DNA of 50,198 nt from the NCBI GenBank assembly GCA_947306705.1, contig CAMZHD010000002.1, positions 1-50,198 on the forward strand, read 5' to 3'. This DNA is from an uncultured Bacillales bacterium (GTDB lineage Bacteria; Bacillota_I; Bacilli_A; RF39; UBA660). The notes under the pieces were generated by a model, which had not been told where the DNA came from, did no database searches, and saw only the letters and a program-made list of their open reading frames with translations. Position numbers and translations under genes: made by a program. Numbering within the stretch: position 1 is the first letter of the stretch; each line of letters starts with the position of its first letter. Shown piece after piece: positions 25,246-35,428 of the stretch.

Positions 25246-27906
25246 ATGAAAAACAAAGTATTGATTATATTGATGACAATAGTATTAGTATTTCCGTTTT
25301 ATATCTTCGCAGAATCAAACGTTGTAATTAATAACCTAATAGTTGAAGAAACAGAAGGAAATGCAAGTGATAATAAAAGTAGTGTAGATAATAATCAAGT
25401 CATATTAAATCCAAACCTTAATTTTGAAAAAGACAGTATTACATATAAACTTGTAATCCAAAATCCTACAAATGAATATTATACATTAGATAATAATATT
25501 ACAACTGCTTCTAAATACTTTGACTATTCCGTCTCAATTGATGGAAATAGTAAAACGCTAAAAGGTCATGAAGAGAAAAATGTATATATTAAAATAGATT
25601 ATAAAAATGAAGTACCTGAATCGTTATTCCAAGAAGGAATATTTAATGAAAAAGAAGACTATGCTATAGTTTTATCAAAACAAATGAACCCAGCAACAAG
25701 GAACAATTTATTGATTGTATTAGCGCTCATTTTGGGATTATTTATAGTTACTTATCTTAAATTCAAAAACAAGAAACAGATAAATGCAGTATTGATTTTT
25801 GGGTTATTAATATTTCCAAACCTAATACATGCAGATAATTCCATTACTTTAAATGTAAAACTAGATATCGAAGTAGAAAATATTGCAGAATTTGATACAG
25901 GTAAAGTAGTAAATAAAAAATTATTAAATATGAATCATGATTATTCTATTAGCGGTTTTATTAGAAATGAAACTTTACCAACTTCAATTAAAACACTAGT
26001 TGAGAATCAATTAAATAGTGCAAATGAAGTAGTTATAACGGATGATCAAGTAGAAGAAGAATTACAAACAATTCTAGGAGAAAATTGGAGATATATAGAT
26101 CACATAGAATATAATCAAGAAAATGAAATTGAAAGAATCTGTTTAGAAGATGAGGATTGTTCATTAAAAGAAGAATTCACAAACTGGTTTATAGACAGTT
26201 TTGTATATTTAATTCAAAATAATAATTCAATGCAATATCTTATATATGACCAAAATACGTTTGAAATAAAATTGATTGATGAGAATTCTTTTATAAAAAA
26301 ATTAAAAAAGAAATTATTAAATGACCAAAAAGAAGATATTCTAAAAAACGTATTATCTTCCGAAAGATCCAATCATATTATTTATTCTTGGTATGACGAG
26401 GATACGTCTACAGTATATTATTACTGTGATCGAAAGAATATCTATTTTAATCCAGATTCATCTTATTTCTTTTCAACTTTAACAAATATGAATAATCTAT
26501 CAGATACAGGAAATATCAACACATCTAAGGTAATAAATATGAAATCAATGTTTGCATCTACAGGTGCTTATACAGATCTTCATACAGATATATCAAATTG
26601 GGATACTTCAAAAGTAACAGATATGAGTGCAATGTTTTATTATTCAGGTTATGAAGCATCAGATTGGTTTATTGGAGACCTATCCAATTGGGACGTTTCA
26701 AAAGTAACAGATATGAGTTATATGTTTGATACTACAGGAGTATATAATGACACTTGGTTCGTAGGAGACTTGTCCAATTGGGATACATCAAACGTCACAA
26801 ATATGGCAGGAATGTTTAGTGGCGCAGGTGAGGCAAGCAAAACTTGGAATATAGGGGACATATCTAAATGGAATACTTCAAATGTAACCGATATGAGCGA
26901 AATGTTTGCGATTACAGGCACATATATGAAGAATTATACAATGAATCTATCTACTTGGGATACATCAAGCGTCACAAATATGTATAGAATGTTTGACGGA
27001 ATTGGACGATATTCTGATACATGGAATTTAATAGGAATAGAAAATTGGGACACATCAAATGTAGAAAATATGAGCTATATGTTTGCAACAGCCTGCATTA
27101 CTGCAGAATTATGTTCCTTAGATCTATCTACTTGGGATACATCTAGTATTACTGATTTAAACAACATTTTTTCAGAATTTGGAAGGAATTCAAATAAAGT
27201 AGAATTAAATTTACAAAAAATTATAGTTAATGACAATGAAATATTAAAAAGTTTGATTCCACCTTTAATTGAAACAAAAGAAATACATATTGATTTAGCC
27301 AATATGAATACAACAGCTGTCACCAATTTTGATTATTTATTCTTATCATTAGGCTATAGAAGTAACAAAATATATATCGATGTGTCAAATTGGGATACTT
27401 CAAATGTAACATCAATGAAATATACATTTGCAGGCATAGGTGCGTGGAATGCTGATACGGTGGTTGTTACCGGACTTGAAACTTGGAATACATCAAATGT
27501 AACCGATATGAGTTATATGTTCAGTGACTTTGGAAAAGCAGCAGACAACTGGGATATAGTAGGATTTGATAATTGGGATATGAGTAATGTCACCGATATG
27601 AACAGTATGTTTCTAATAAATTCATATCCATATACTGAAACTTCGAACACTATTCATAATTTAGGCAATATAGATATCTATAATGCAAATACAGCATCGA
27701 TGTTTTCAGGAAGAACTAATGTGAAAGCAACGATAAATTTACATGAAAAATTAACAGATTTCAACAACATGTTTTCCAAAGTCGCAACTTTTGACGGAGC
27801 AGAAGTAGTAGTAAACTATGCAAATATAGTAGATAATATTGATAGTATCATTGCAACAAAAAACAATTCAAATTCAAATGTAATAAAAGGCAAGATGCTA
27901 GAATAA
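25246..27906 (+). CDS. DUF285/BspA-like leucine-rich-repeat surface protein, 886 aa
   Basis: Signal peptide and about 12 units of the type NWDTS.VT.M..MF. An internal TM hairpin is described in the findings. Confidence 0.8.
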   Translation: MKNKVLIILMTIVLVFPFYIFAESNVVINNLIVEETEGNASDNKSSVDNNQVILNPNLNFEKDSITYKLVIQNPTNEYYTLDNNITTASKYFDYSVSIDGNSKTLKGHEEKNVYIKIDYKNEVPESLFQEGIFNEKEDYAIVLSKQMNPATRNNLLIVLALILGLFIVTYLKFKNKKQINAVLIFGLLIFPNLIHADNSITLNVKLDIEVENIAEFDTGKVVNKKLLNMNHDYSISGFIRNETLPTSIKTLVENQLNSANEVVITDDQVEEELQTILGENWRYIDHIEYNQENEIERICLEDEDCSLKEEFTNWFIDSFVYLIQNNNSMQYLIYDQNTFEIKLIDENSFIKKLKKKLLNDQKEDILKNVLSSERSNHIIYSWYDEDTSTVYYYCDRKNIYFNPDSSYFFSTLTNMNNLSDTGNINTSKVINMKSMFASTGAYTDLHTDISNWDTSKVTDMSAMFYYSGYEASDWFIGDLSNWDVSKVTDMSYMFDTTGVYNDTWFVGDLSNWDTSNVTNMAGMFSGAGEASKTWNIGDISKWNTSNVTDMSEMFAITGTYMKNYTMNLSTWDTSSVTNMYRMFDGIGRYSDTWNLIGIENWDTSNVENMSYMFATACITAELCSLDLSTWDTSSITDLNNIFSEFGRNSNKVELNLQKIIVNDNEILKSLIPPLIETKEIHIDLANMNTTAVTNFDYLFLSLGYRSNKIYIDVSNWDTSNVTSMKYTFAGIGAWNADTVVVTGLETWNTSNVTDMSYMFSDFGKAADNWDIVGFDNWDMSNVTDMNSMFLINSYPYTETSNTIHNLGNIDIYNANTASMFSGRTNVKATINLHEKLTDFNNMFSKVATFDGAEVVVNYANIVDNIDSIIATKNNSNSNVIKGKMLE
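26470..27612 (+). repeat. Array of DUF285-type coding repeats (~75-85 bp periodicity)
   Basis: Recurring (N/T)W(D/N)TS(K/N/S)VT(D/N)M..MF. Confidence 0.8.
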
Positions 27907-27923
27907 AGTATAAGAGGCAGTAT

Positions 27924-28741
27924 ATGAAAACAGAAAGAAATATATTAATCGCATTTATTTTAAATTTATCATTTTCACTATTTGAATTAATAGGAGGAAT
28001 TCTTACAAATTCAATCGCAATACTATCAGACTCCGTTCATGATGTAGGAGATGCATTATCGATTGGAATATCTTATTTCTTAGAAAAGAAAAGTAAGAAA
28101 AAAGCTGATCAAAAATATACCTATGGATATGGTAGATATTCTGTATTAGGAGGAGTTATCACAACAACAATCCTTTTAGTAGGGTCTATCTTAGTCATTA
28201 TAGGGGCTTGTAAGAGATTGATTCATCCAACAGAAGTAAATTATACAGGAATGATCCTTTTCGCCGTATTTGGAGTGATTCTAAACTTTATCGCAGCTTA
28301 TGTAACAAGAGAAGGAGAATCTATTAATCAAAAATCATGAATTTTACAGATATTAGAATGCTAGATCCAATCATGAGTATTGGAGTAGCAATCTTCATCT
28401 TGATTCACTCAATAAAGAACTTTAAAGAAATACTAGATTTATTTCTAGAGAAAACTCCTCGTGATATTCAATTAGAAGAATTAAAGAATCATTTAATTGA
28501 AATTGAGGGAGTAGAGGATATTCATCATATACATGTATGGAGTATCGATGGAGTAAATAATTATGCAACGATGCACATTGTGTCAAAAGAAAAGGACATA
28601 AAGTCCATAAAGAAAAAAGTAAGAGATGAATTAAAAGAACATAATATCTGTCATAGTATATTAGAAACAGAAGAAGAAGTATGTGATGAACCAGAATGTC
28701 ATGTAGAACATGTAGAACATCATCACCATCATCACCATTAA
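27924..28741 (+). pseudogene. Cation diffusion facilitator (CzcD/ZitB-like) transporter, disrupted
   Basis: ORF 27924-28340 encodes TM1-4 (SDSVHDVGD). ORF 28337-28741 encodes TM6, the cytoplasmic domain and a His tail, in another frame. The TM5 segment that normally carries HxxxD is absent. Confidence 0.65.
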
Positions 28742-28745
28742 AAAA

Positions 28746-28769
28746 ATAGATGAGTTATCATCTATTTTT
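28746..28769. terminator. Bidirectional terminator
   Basis: ATAGATGA-GTTA-TCATCTAT flanked by an A-run and a T-run. It overlaps the stop of the minus-strand 90-aa ORF. Confidence 0.65.
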
Positions 28770-29034
28770 GTTGTGAAGATAAAAATTGAACAACTTCTGC
28801 TATGGGTTTACCATAAGTTAAAGAGTATACTGCAATGGAAGCATAATCATCAATTTTTAATGGAATATTAGATTCAACCCATATTTGGTATTTTGCAATA
28901 TCATTGCTTCCATTCCAAACCCACATTTCTTCCTTCGCAATTAACTCATCATACAAATTAGGGTAATTGATTCGTATGATTTCTCTTAGAGCAGTAAGTC
29001 TTTTCATTTGTTTATCAAATGCAGTATCCATCAT
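28762..29034 (-). CDS. Hypothetical protein, 90 aa
   Basis: ORF with AGGAGTG SD. No motif recognised. Confidence 0.5.
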   Translation of the reverse strand: MMDTAFDKQMKRLTALREIIRINYPNLYDELIAKEEMWVWNGSNDIAKYQIWVESNIPLKIDDYASIAVYSLTYGKPIAEVVQFLSSQQK

Positions 29035-29117
29035 ATCACTCCTATGTTATAAGTATATCATACTATAGAAAAAGAAGAAAGATGTGATATAATAAAATAA
29101 GAATAGGAGGTATTCAT

Positions 29118-30443
29118 ATGCCAATACTTGCAAGTTTTGCAGTACCACACCCACCATTAATCGTAAAAGAAGTAGGAAAAGGAGAAGAAGAAAGAGTTTC
29201 TTTAACAATAGAATCTTATCAAAAAGTAGCAGATCAAATTGCTGAATTAAAACCAGAAACAATTATTATTACATCTCCTCATACTCTTTGTTTTACAGAT
29301 TATTTTTATATATCTTCTCATTCCATTATGAAAGGATCTTTTGAACGATTTGGAGCAAAAGAAGTATCTTTTGAAGAAGAAATTGATCTAGAATTAGTAG
29401 AAGAAATAGAAAAACTTTCTAAAGAAAAGAATTTTCCTGCAGGAAGAGTAGATAAGGAAGTAGAACTAGATCACGGAACAATGGTACCTCTATATTTTAT
29501 AAGAAAAAAACTTCCTAAATGCAAAATTGTAGTAATTGGTTTATCTGGATTATCTCTTAATAAACATAAAGAACTAGGTAGAATCATAAAAGAAGCAATC
29601 AATCATACAAATAGAAACGTAGTATTTGTCGCAAGTGGAGATTTATCTCATAAATTACAAGAATATGGTCCCTATGGATACGCAAAAGAAGGAACTATTT
29701 ATGAAGATAGAATCTTAGAGACAATGACAAAAGGAAATTTCAATGAATTATTAGATTATAGTGATGAACTATTATACAAAGCATCTGAATGTGGACATCC
29801 ATCATTTACAATACTCTCAGGTGCTATAGAAAATGAACTAATAGAAGCAACCTTCTTATCTCATGAAGATACAACAGGAGTAGGATATGGTCTATGGACT
29901 TATTATCCGAAAGAAGAAAAGAAAGAAGAAGGAGAAGATGAATATGTCTCACTTGCGAAAGAAACAATTGAAGAATATATTCGTTTTGGAAATGTAATAA
30001 ATCCTCCTGAATATAGTAGTAAAGAATTACTAGAAAATAGAAGTGGAGTCTTTGTATCCATTCATAAATTTGGACAATTAAGAGGATGTATTGGAACATT
30101 TCTTCCAATGGAATCCTGTATTGCAAAAGAAATTATCGCAAATGCAATTGCAGCTTCTACTAGAGACCCTAGATTCAGTCCTATAGAAGTAGATGAATTA
30201 AAAGACTTAGAAATCAATGTAGATGTCTTAACAACCCCAGAAAATATTAATAGTACAGACTTACTAGATCCAAAAAAATATGGAGTTATTGTATCAAAAG
30301 ATACAAGAAGAGGTCTATTACTGCCAGATTTAGAGGGAGTAAATACAGTAGAAGATCAAATATTAATCGCAAAAAGAAAAGCAGGAATTCTTCCAAATGA
30401 AGAAGTATCCCTACAAAGATTTGAAGTTATAAGACATAAATAA
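29118..30443 (+). CDS. Fusion protein: class III extradiol dioxygenase-like (LigB/Memo-type) domain plus AMMECR1 domain
   Basis: N-terminal FAVPHPPLIV...SGDLSH pattern and C-terminal LRGCIGTF AMMECR1 signature. TAGGAGG SD. Confidence 0.75.
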   Translation: MPILASFAVPHPPLIVKEVGKGEEERVSLTIESYQKVADQIAELKPETIIITSPHTLCFTDYFYISSHSIMKGSFERFGAKEVSFEEEIDLELVEEIEKLSKEKNFPAGRVDKEVELDHGTMVPLYFIRKKLPKCKIVVIGLSGLSLNKHKELGRIIKEAINHTNRNVVFVASGDLSHKLQEYGPYGYAKEGTIYEDRILETMTKGNFNELLDYSDELLYKASECGHPSFTILSGAIENELIEATFLSHEDTTGVGYGLWTYYPKEEKKEEGEDEYVSLAKETIEEYIRFGNVINPPEYSSKELLENRSGVFVSIHKFGQLRGCIGTFLPMESCIAKEIIANAIAASTRDPRFSPIEVDELKDLEINVDVLTTPENINSTDLLDPKKYGVIVSKDTRRGLLLPDLEGVNTVEDQILIAKRKAGILPNEEVSLQRFEVIRHK

Positions 30444-30484
30444 AGGATAATATGATATAATACAAAAAGAAAAAGGGTGATACT

Positions 30485-31627
30485 ATGAAGAAAAAGATGA
30501 TAATCTTACTAATTGTTGGAATCCTAATCATTGGATGTGGAGTCTTTGGATTTGTTTTCTATAATAGTAAAAAATTAAAAATAGAATATAAGAATCATAT
30601 TACTCTAAATGTTAATGACGAATTCTATAATACAGACGCGATTAAAAAGATTCAGAATGGAACTCTTCTTACAAAAAAAGTAAAAATAGATACTTCAAAA
30701 GTAACAGATTCCATGTATCATTTGAAAGTTAAAAATTATTTTAATAAAACAAAAAAAATTGAAATAAAATATGAAGTAGTAGATAAAGAACCACCAGTCA
30801 TTACATTTAATCCAACAATTACAATAGAAGAGGGTACAGAATATGATCTTCTAACAGGAGTATCTGCTACGGATAATTGTGATGAATTAGTCATTGTCGT
30901 CATAGAAGGAACCTATGATATCAATACACCAGGTACTTATGAATTAGAATATATGGCAAGAGATTCTCATGCAAACGAAGCAAGAGAAAAGTTTACTCTT
31001 GAAGTCACTAAAAAAGTAGTTGTCGAACAACCTAGAGAAGGCTATAAAGCACCTGATAGAGACTTTACAACATCAAATGGTCATCATGGTACAGTAAGAG
31101 ATGGAATTACCTATATAGATGGGATTATGATAGCAAATAAAACATATCCATTACCTTCTAGTTATAATCCAGGAGACATCATTGGATATGTATGGGAAGC
31201 ATTTACAGAAATGAAAAATGCAGCCGCCGCAGAAGGAATCTATTTTGATCTAGCAAGCGGTTTCCGTTCCTATAACTATCAAAAGAATTTATATAACAGA
31301 TATGTTGCACAAGATGGAAAAGCAGAAGCAGATACATATTCTGCAAGACCAGGACATTCTGAACATCAAACAGGACTTGCAATGGATGTTGGAAAAGTAG
31401 ATAGAAACTATGGAAATGAACCAGGAGGAATCTGGTTAGCCGCAAACGCTTATAAATATGGTTTTATTCTTCGTTATCCATATGGAAAAACAGGAGAAAC
31501 AGGATATATCTACGAACCATGGCATTTCCGCTATGTAGGAAAAGAATTAGCTCCTAAACTATATAACGGAGGAGACTGGATTACACTCGAAACCTACTTT
31601 GGAATTACAAGTGAATATACATATTAA
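30485..31627 (+). CDS. VanY/M15B-family D-alanyl-D-alanine carboxypeptidase with N-terminal TM and an Ig-like (DUF5011-type) domain
   Basis: SGFRSYNYQ, GHSEHQTGLAMD and EPWHFRYVG. The Ig-like module is PPVITF...GTEYDLLTGVSATDNCD...GTYELEY. Confidence 0.8.
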   Translation: MKKKMIILLIVGILIIGCGVFGFVFYNSKKLKIEYKNHITLNVNDEFYNTDAIKKIQNGTLLTKKVKIDTSKVTDSMYHLKVKNYFNKTKKIEIKYEVVDKEPPVITFNPTITIEEGTEYDLLTGVSATDNCDELVIVVIEGTYDINTPGTYELEYMARDSHANEAREKFTLEVTKKVVVEQPREGYKAPDRDFTTSNGHHGTVRDGITYIDGIMIANKTYPLPSSYNPGDIIGYVWEAFTEMKNAAAAEGIYFDLASGFRSYNYQKNLYNRYVAQDGKAEADTYSARPGHSEHQTGLAMDVGKVDRNYGNEPGGIWLAANAYKYGFILRYPYGKTGETGYIYEPWHFRYVGKELAPKLYNGGDWITLETYFGITSEYTY

Positions 31628-31651
31628 AAAAGACACCATTTGGTGTCTTTT
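31626..31651. terminator. Bidirectional terminator between convergent genes
   Basis: A-run, then AGACACC-ATTT-GGTGTCT, then T-run. Confidence 0.75.
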
Positions 31652-32339
31652 AACATTCATAACCGTCAACACATATTTTAAAAGTAGCTTGACTGTTTCC
31701 TCGATAAACATTTTCTAAAAAATCATCTTCTGTATCATATGTAAATACTGTTAATAGAATAGGAGAATGAATATCAGCACAACTATAACTACTTTGAAGT
31801 TTTATTGCTGTATATAGTGTTTCTGGTGTATATTCATCATTCTCAATATGTGAATAGAATCCTTTCCCACGATTGGCATAATCATCATATAAATAATTCA
31901 TTAAGTATTCCCACTGTGCCATCGCATCAGGTGGCGTTAATATATTATAGGAAATGACTTCTCCATTAGATAAAGTTAATTCAAGATGAAAACCAATCTT
32001 AATAGGTTGAATTTGATTATATTCTTGAAATTTTTGATAAAACGAATTGGCAAAAGAATCTTGTAAATAGATGACTTCTTCATTAGATGGATAAACTTGA
32101 AAGATACCAATATCTTCTTCAATATTTAATGTTTTATGAATTTCATGCAATCTTGTTAACGTATTTCCTTGTAATTGATAAATTCCAATAGGAGTTGTAT
32201 TTAAATCTTCATAAGTAGGAGCTACTTCCACAACTTCTTCTTGTTGTTCTTCATCTATTTTTTCTTCTACAATTGTCTCTTCCTTAGCACAACCCCAAAT
32301 GAATATACATAATAATAAAAGTAGTAATAATCTTTTCAT
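31650..32339 (-). CDS. Hypothetical lipoprotein
   Basis: MKRLLLLLLLCIFIWGC lipobox. Start moved to ATG 32339 (GAGGTG SD). Confidence 0.6.
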   Translation of the reverse strand: MKRLLLLLLLCIFIWGCAKEETIVEEKIDEEQQEEVVEVAPTYEDLNTTPIGIYQLQGNTLTRLHEIHKTLNIEEDIGIFQVYPSNEEVIYLQDSFANSFYQKFQEYNQIQPIKIGFHLELTLSNGEVISYNILTPPDAMAQWEYLMNYLYDDYANRGKGFYSHIENDEYTPETLYTAIKLQSSYSCADIHSPILLTVFTYDTEDDFLENVYRGNSQATFKICVDGYEC

Positions 32340-32426
32340 AGGACACCTCACATTCATTATAATAGAGTTTTTCATTTATGAATAGAAAAATTTTTAAAAT
32401 ATGATAAAATGAAAATAGGTGAGTTT

Positions 32427-32750
32427 ATGATACAAACAATAGGAATCGTATATATATTATCTTTATACTTATCCATTCCAGGTTTTATAGGAAAAGCAGG
32501 ATATAATTGGTTATTAGGATTTATTCCCTTTGTAAATCTATATTATCTTGTACTAACATTGAAGATAGAACCAATTTTATTAATATTAGTTGGAATATTA
32601 CTAATAGTATTTCCAGAACGAATCTTAATTGGTACTTGTATTGTAATGTTTCTTCCATTTATGATAGCAGATTGTTTTGAAACAGACTTATTTTATTCAT
32701 TTGGATGTTTAATTCTACCATTTATATTCTATTGCATATTTTCATGGTAG
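32427..32750 (+). CDS. Small polytopic membrane protein (DUF5684-like?)
   Basis: GKAGYNWLLGFIPFVNLYYL resembles the KAG..W..iP..N motif. Start set at ATG 32427 (AGGTGAG SD). Confidence 0.5.
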   Translation: MIQTIGIVYILSLYLSIPGFIGKAGYNWLLGFIPFVNLYYLVLTLKIEPILLILVGILLIVFPERILIGTCIVMFLPFMIADCFETDLFYSFGCLILPFIFYCIFSW

Positions 32751-32771
32751 TTATTTATATTAGGAGGAACT

Positions 32772-33674
32772 ATGAGATTTTTTAAAAGACATGTATTTTT
32801 ATCATTCATCATTTTATTATCCAGCATCTTTATATATCAAAACTATACTAGAGAAGTATCATATGATAAAAATACAGATAAAAAGAATAATCATTATGTA
32901 AATGAACTCTATAAAAGTGATGATAGAATCTATAAAAACTATCTCGCTGAAGAAGATCAAATGATGTATGATCTAATTTATGATATGGCTAAAAAATATC
33001 AATTGAAAAAAACCATTAATATGAAAAAATTTCATTGTTCTGATTATATTGATTGTGCAGAGTTCATTGATACAGCAAACTCCGCTTTATATGTAGACCA
33101 TCCAGAATTAATGAATTATGCAGGATATCGATGGGTATATGCTAATGGAAGATTTAATCTAACCCTACAATATTCCTATTATCTTCCTATAAAAGAAGCG
33201 ATTGGAACGCTTCGAATTGAAAAGATCATCGCAGATATTGAAGAAGAAACAAAAAACATGACAGATAAAGAAAAAATACTCTATGTATACAACTGGATGG
33301 GAGAAAACAATACATATGATAGAGTATTTACCTATTTTTCAAAGAATCAATCCATCTATAATGTATTTGTAAAAAAGAATGCTGTATGCGCAGGATTTGC
33401 GAAAGCCAGTCAATTAATCTTTCAGAAGATTGGAATCGAATCATATGTTATTCAAGGAAATTCTGACTCAGAACATATGTGGAACATTGTTAAATATGAA
33501 GATAAATACTATTATTTTGATTCTACCATTGCGGTTAGTATTAAAAATAAGAAAAGTGATCGATACTATAATGGACTAAAACAAAAAGAAATGGATTATT
33601 ATACCGTTAAATTTCCAGAGTGGTATCCAAAAATAGAATCTACTAATATGTTTGAAATAGAAAAGACAGCCTAA
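32772..33674 (+). CDS. Transglutaminase-like (papain-fold) domain protein with N-terminal TM
   Basis: NAVCAGFAK (Cys), EHMWNIV (His) and YYYFDST (Asp) in the spacing of the transglutaminase core. Confidence 0.7.
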   Translation: MRFFKRHVFLSFIILLSSIFIYQNYTREVSYDKNTDKKNNHYVNELYKSDDRIYKNYLAEEDQMMYDLIYDMAKKYQLKKTINMKKFHCSDYIDCAEFIDTANSALYVDHPELMNYAGYRWVYANGRFNLTLQYSYYLPIKEAIGTLRIEKIIADIEEETKNMTDKEKILYVYNWMGENNTYDRVFTYFSKNQSIYNVFVKKNAVCAGFAKASQLIFQKIGIESYVIQGNSDSEHMWNIVKYEDKYYYFDSTIAVSIKNKKSDRYYNGLKQKEMDYYTVKFPEWYPKIESTNMFEIEKTA

Positions 33675-33683
33675 GCTGCCTTT

Positions 33684-35126
33684 TTATTTTTTAAAGATTT
33701 CTTGATAACCTTTATAGAAAGAATTTGTATATTGATATTCAATTGGTTTAACCATATTTTGATAAATCTCTATAATTAAATTTGATAATTCTTGATCATG
33801 TTGATCATCAAAGTATTCAAATGGAATGAAATAACCATTTTCTTTATCTTTGATTCCTAACTCTTTAAATGCATCTAAAGGAGTCCCAATGACTTTTGTA
33901 TGAAGAGTTAATGCTTCTATCGCTGAATAGGGCATAGCTTCACTATCACTCAAGAGAACAAAGTAATCACTATCTTGTACATATGGAAGAACATTATAAA
34001 CTCTCTCTCTCATAATAAGTCCCTTATGATTTGTATTTTCTTCTGCATCTGTAAATACATTCCAAGTATAAGGAATCTCTAATAAATCTAAAATAGATGC
34101 AAATTTCTTAATCCTTTCCATTCCTTTTCCTTTATAAGTTCTTTGACAAGAAACTAACTTTAAATGAGGACGAATCTCTTCTCCTTCTAAAGAAAAAGGA
34201 TTTAAGATAGTTTCTAGATGAGAATTCGGAAAGAACTCAATGGACTTCTTTCTAGAAGCTTCTGATACACAGATATATCTAGAATAAATATCATCATAAT
34301 AGATTGGAAATAATTCTTTAAAGTCTTCCATAACCCCATGAATAAATAGAGCATTCATCTCAAAACAAATAATATTCTTAGGATAATAGACTGTAGAATA
34401 TGTATCAATCATTCGATCACAACAATAATTTTCATAATAATTTCGTTTCACGCAACGAAATTGTTTTTCTAAAAGATGAAGAGTAGGCTCCCAAATAACA
34501 TCATAAAGAATCGTAATATCATAATCTTTTCCAAAACACCTACCAATATTACGAATCCAAGAAACATATCCATTAAACACACAATTACATCCATCCGCGA
34601 TATAAAGTATATTTTTATAATAGTGAGCATGTTTAACATATTTATAATAAACTTTATCATTTAAATAAGGATTTACTGGATTATGATAATAAAGAACCTC
34701 TCCAATGGCACATCTCTTTTTAAAAGTCTTTAGAATACGGTCATTCATTTGATCATCATAGGGAATCTCTAAGATTTTAAGAAGTTTCTTCGTACGAAAG
34801 ATATAACTCCATATATATTCATAAACATAAGGAATATTTTTAGATAATTCTTCTTCATTTTGAAGGATTTTAGTTTGTTTTTCTTTTTTAAATAAAATAT
34901 CATAGTTAATAAAACAAGAATCAAAGTCTTCTTCAATCTTTTGATAGATTCTTTCAAAATATAATTCAGAGATTTGATCTTCTTCTCGTAAGAAAGCAAC
35001 ATATTTTGTTTTAATTTTAGATAAAACAGATATTAGATTTTTCCCATTACTTCTAACAATCTTAATAGAACCAAATTTAGGAATTTTTCTTTTATTAGTA
35101 AGCAATACAAAAGTAATGGTCCCCAT
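33684..35126 (-). CDS. Putative glycosyltransferase (GT4-like C-terminal Rossmann domain)
   Basis: SDSEAMPYSAIEALTLHTKVIGTP resembles the GT4 E-x7-E region. Start moved to ATG 35126 (AGAGGTGA SD). Confidence 0.5.
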   Translation of the reverse strand: MGTITFVLLTNKRKIPKFGSIKIVRSNGKNLISVLSKIKTKYVAFLREEDQISELYFERIYQKIEEDFDSCFINYDILFKKEKQTKILQNEEELSKNIPYVYEYIWSYIFRTKKLLKILEIPYDDQMNDRILKTFKKRCAIGEVLYYHNPVNPYLNDKVYYKYVKHAHYYKNILYIADGCNCVFNGYVSWIRNIGRCFGKDYDITILYDVIWEPTLHLLEKQFRCVKRNYYENYCCDRMIDTYSTVYYPKNIICFEMNALFIHGVMEDFKELFPIYYDDIYSRYICVSEASRKKSIEFFPNSHLETILNPFSLEGEEIRPHLKLVSCQRTYKGKGMERIKKFASILDLLEIPYTWNVFTDAEENTNHKGLIMRERVYNVLPYVQDSDYFVLLSDSEAMPYSAIEALTLHTKVIGTPLDAFKELGIKDKENGYFIPFEYFDDQHDQELSNLIIEIYQNMVKPIEYQYTNSFYKGYQEIFKK

Positions 35127-35160
35127 AGGATCACCTCTAGTATAAAGTATATCATAGAAC

Positions 35161-35189
35161 TTGACATTCAAAAAAGAAAGTTTTAAAAT
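35161..35189 (+). promoter_or_regulatory. Sigma-A promoter of aspS
   Basis: TTGACA, 17-nt spacer, TAAAAT. Confidence 0.65.
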
Positions 35190-35195
35190 AATCCT

Positions 35196-35408
35196 AGAAA
35201 CGTTGAGGAAGAGGAGTACTTTACTCTAGTTTGTAGAGAGTTCGTGGATGGTGAAAACGAATAATGAGGAGTAGAGGAAGACACTTTGGAGTTGATTAGA
35301 AATAATCCGGAGAAATCCGTTATCAAAGAAGTGACTACAAAAGTAGTAATGTGGGTGGTACCGCGGATTAACAGTTATTCGTCCCTATTGGGAAATAACT
35401 GTTTTTTT
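35196..35408 (+). promoter_or_regulatory. T-box riboswitch leader, probable Asp specifier (GAC at 35280-35282)
   Basis: GTGGGTGGTACCGCGG at 35351-35366. Terminator AACAGTTATT...AATAACTGTT plus T7. aspS lies downstream. Confidence 0.85.
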
Positions 35409-35428
35409 ATTTGAAAAGAGGGAGTAAT

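Noticed and set aside
29047-29262. 71-aa minus-strand ORF overlapping the start of the AMMECR1 fusion gene.
   Set aside because: Leu/Phe low-complexity translation opposite the promoter and 5' end of a well-supported gene. No SD.
35411-35428. TTG start for aspS given by the track.
   Set aside because: ATG 35429 is preceded by AGAGGGAG at ideal spacing, and 35411 lies directly at the end of the T-box terminator T-run.
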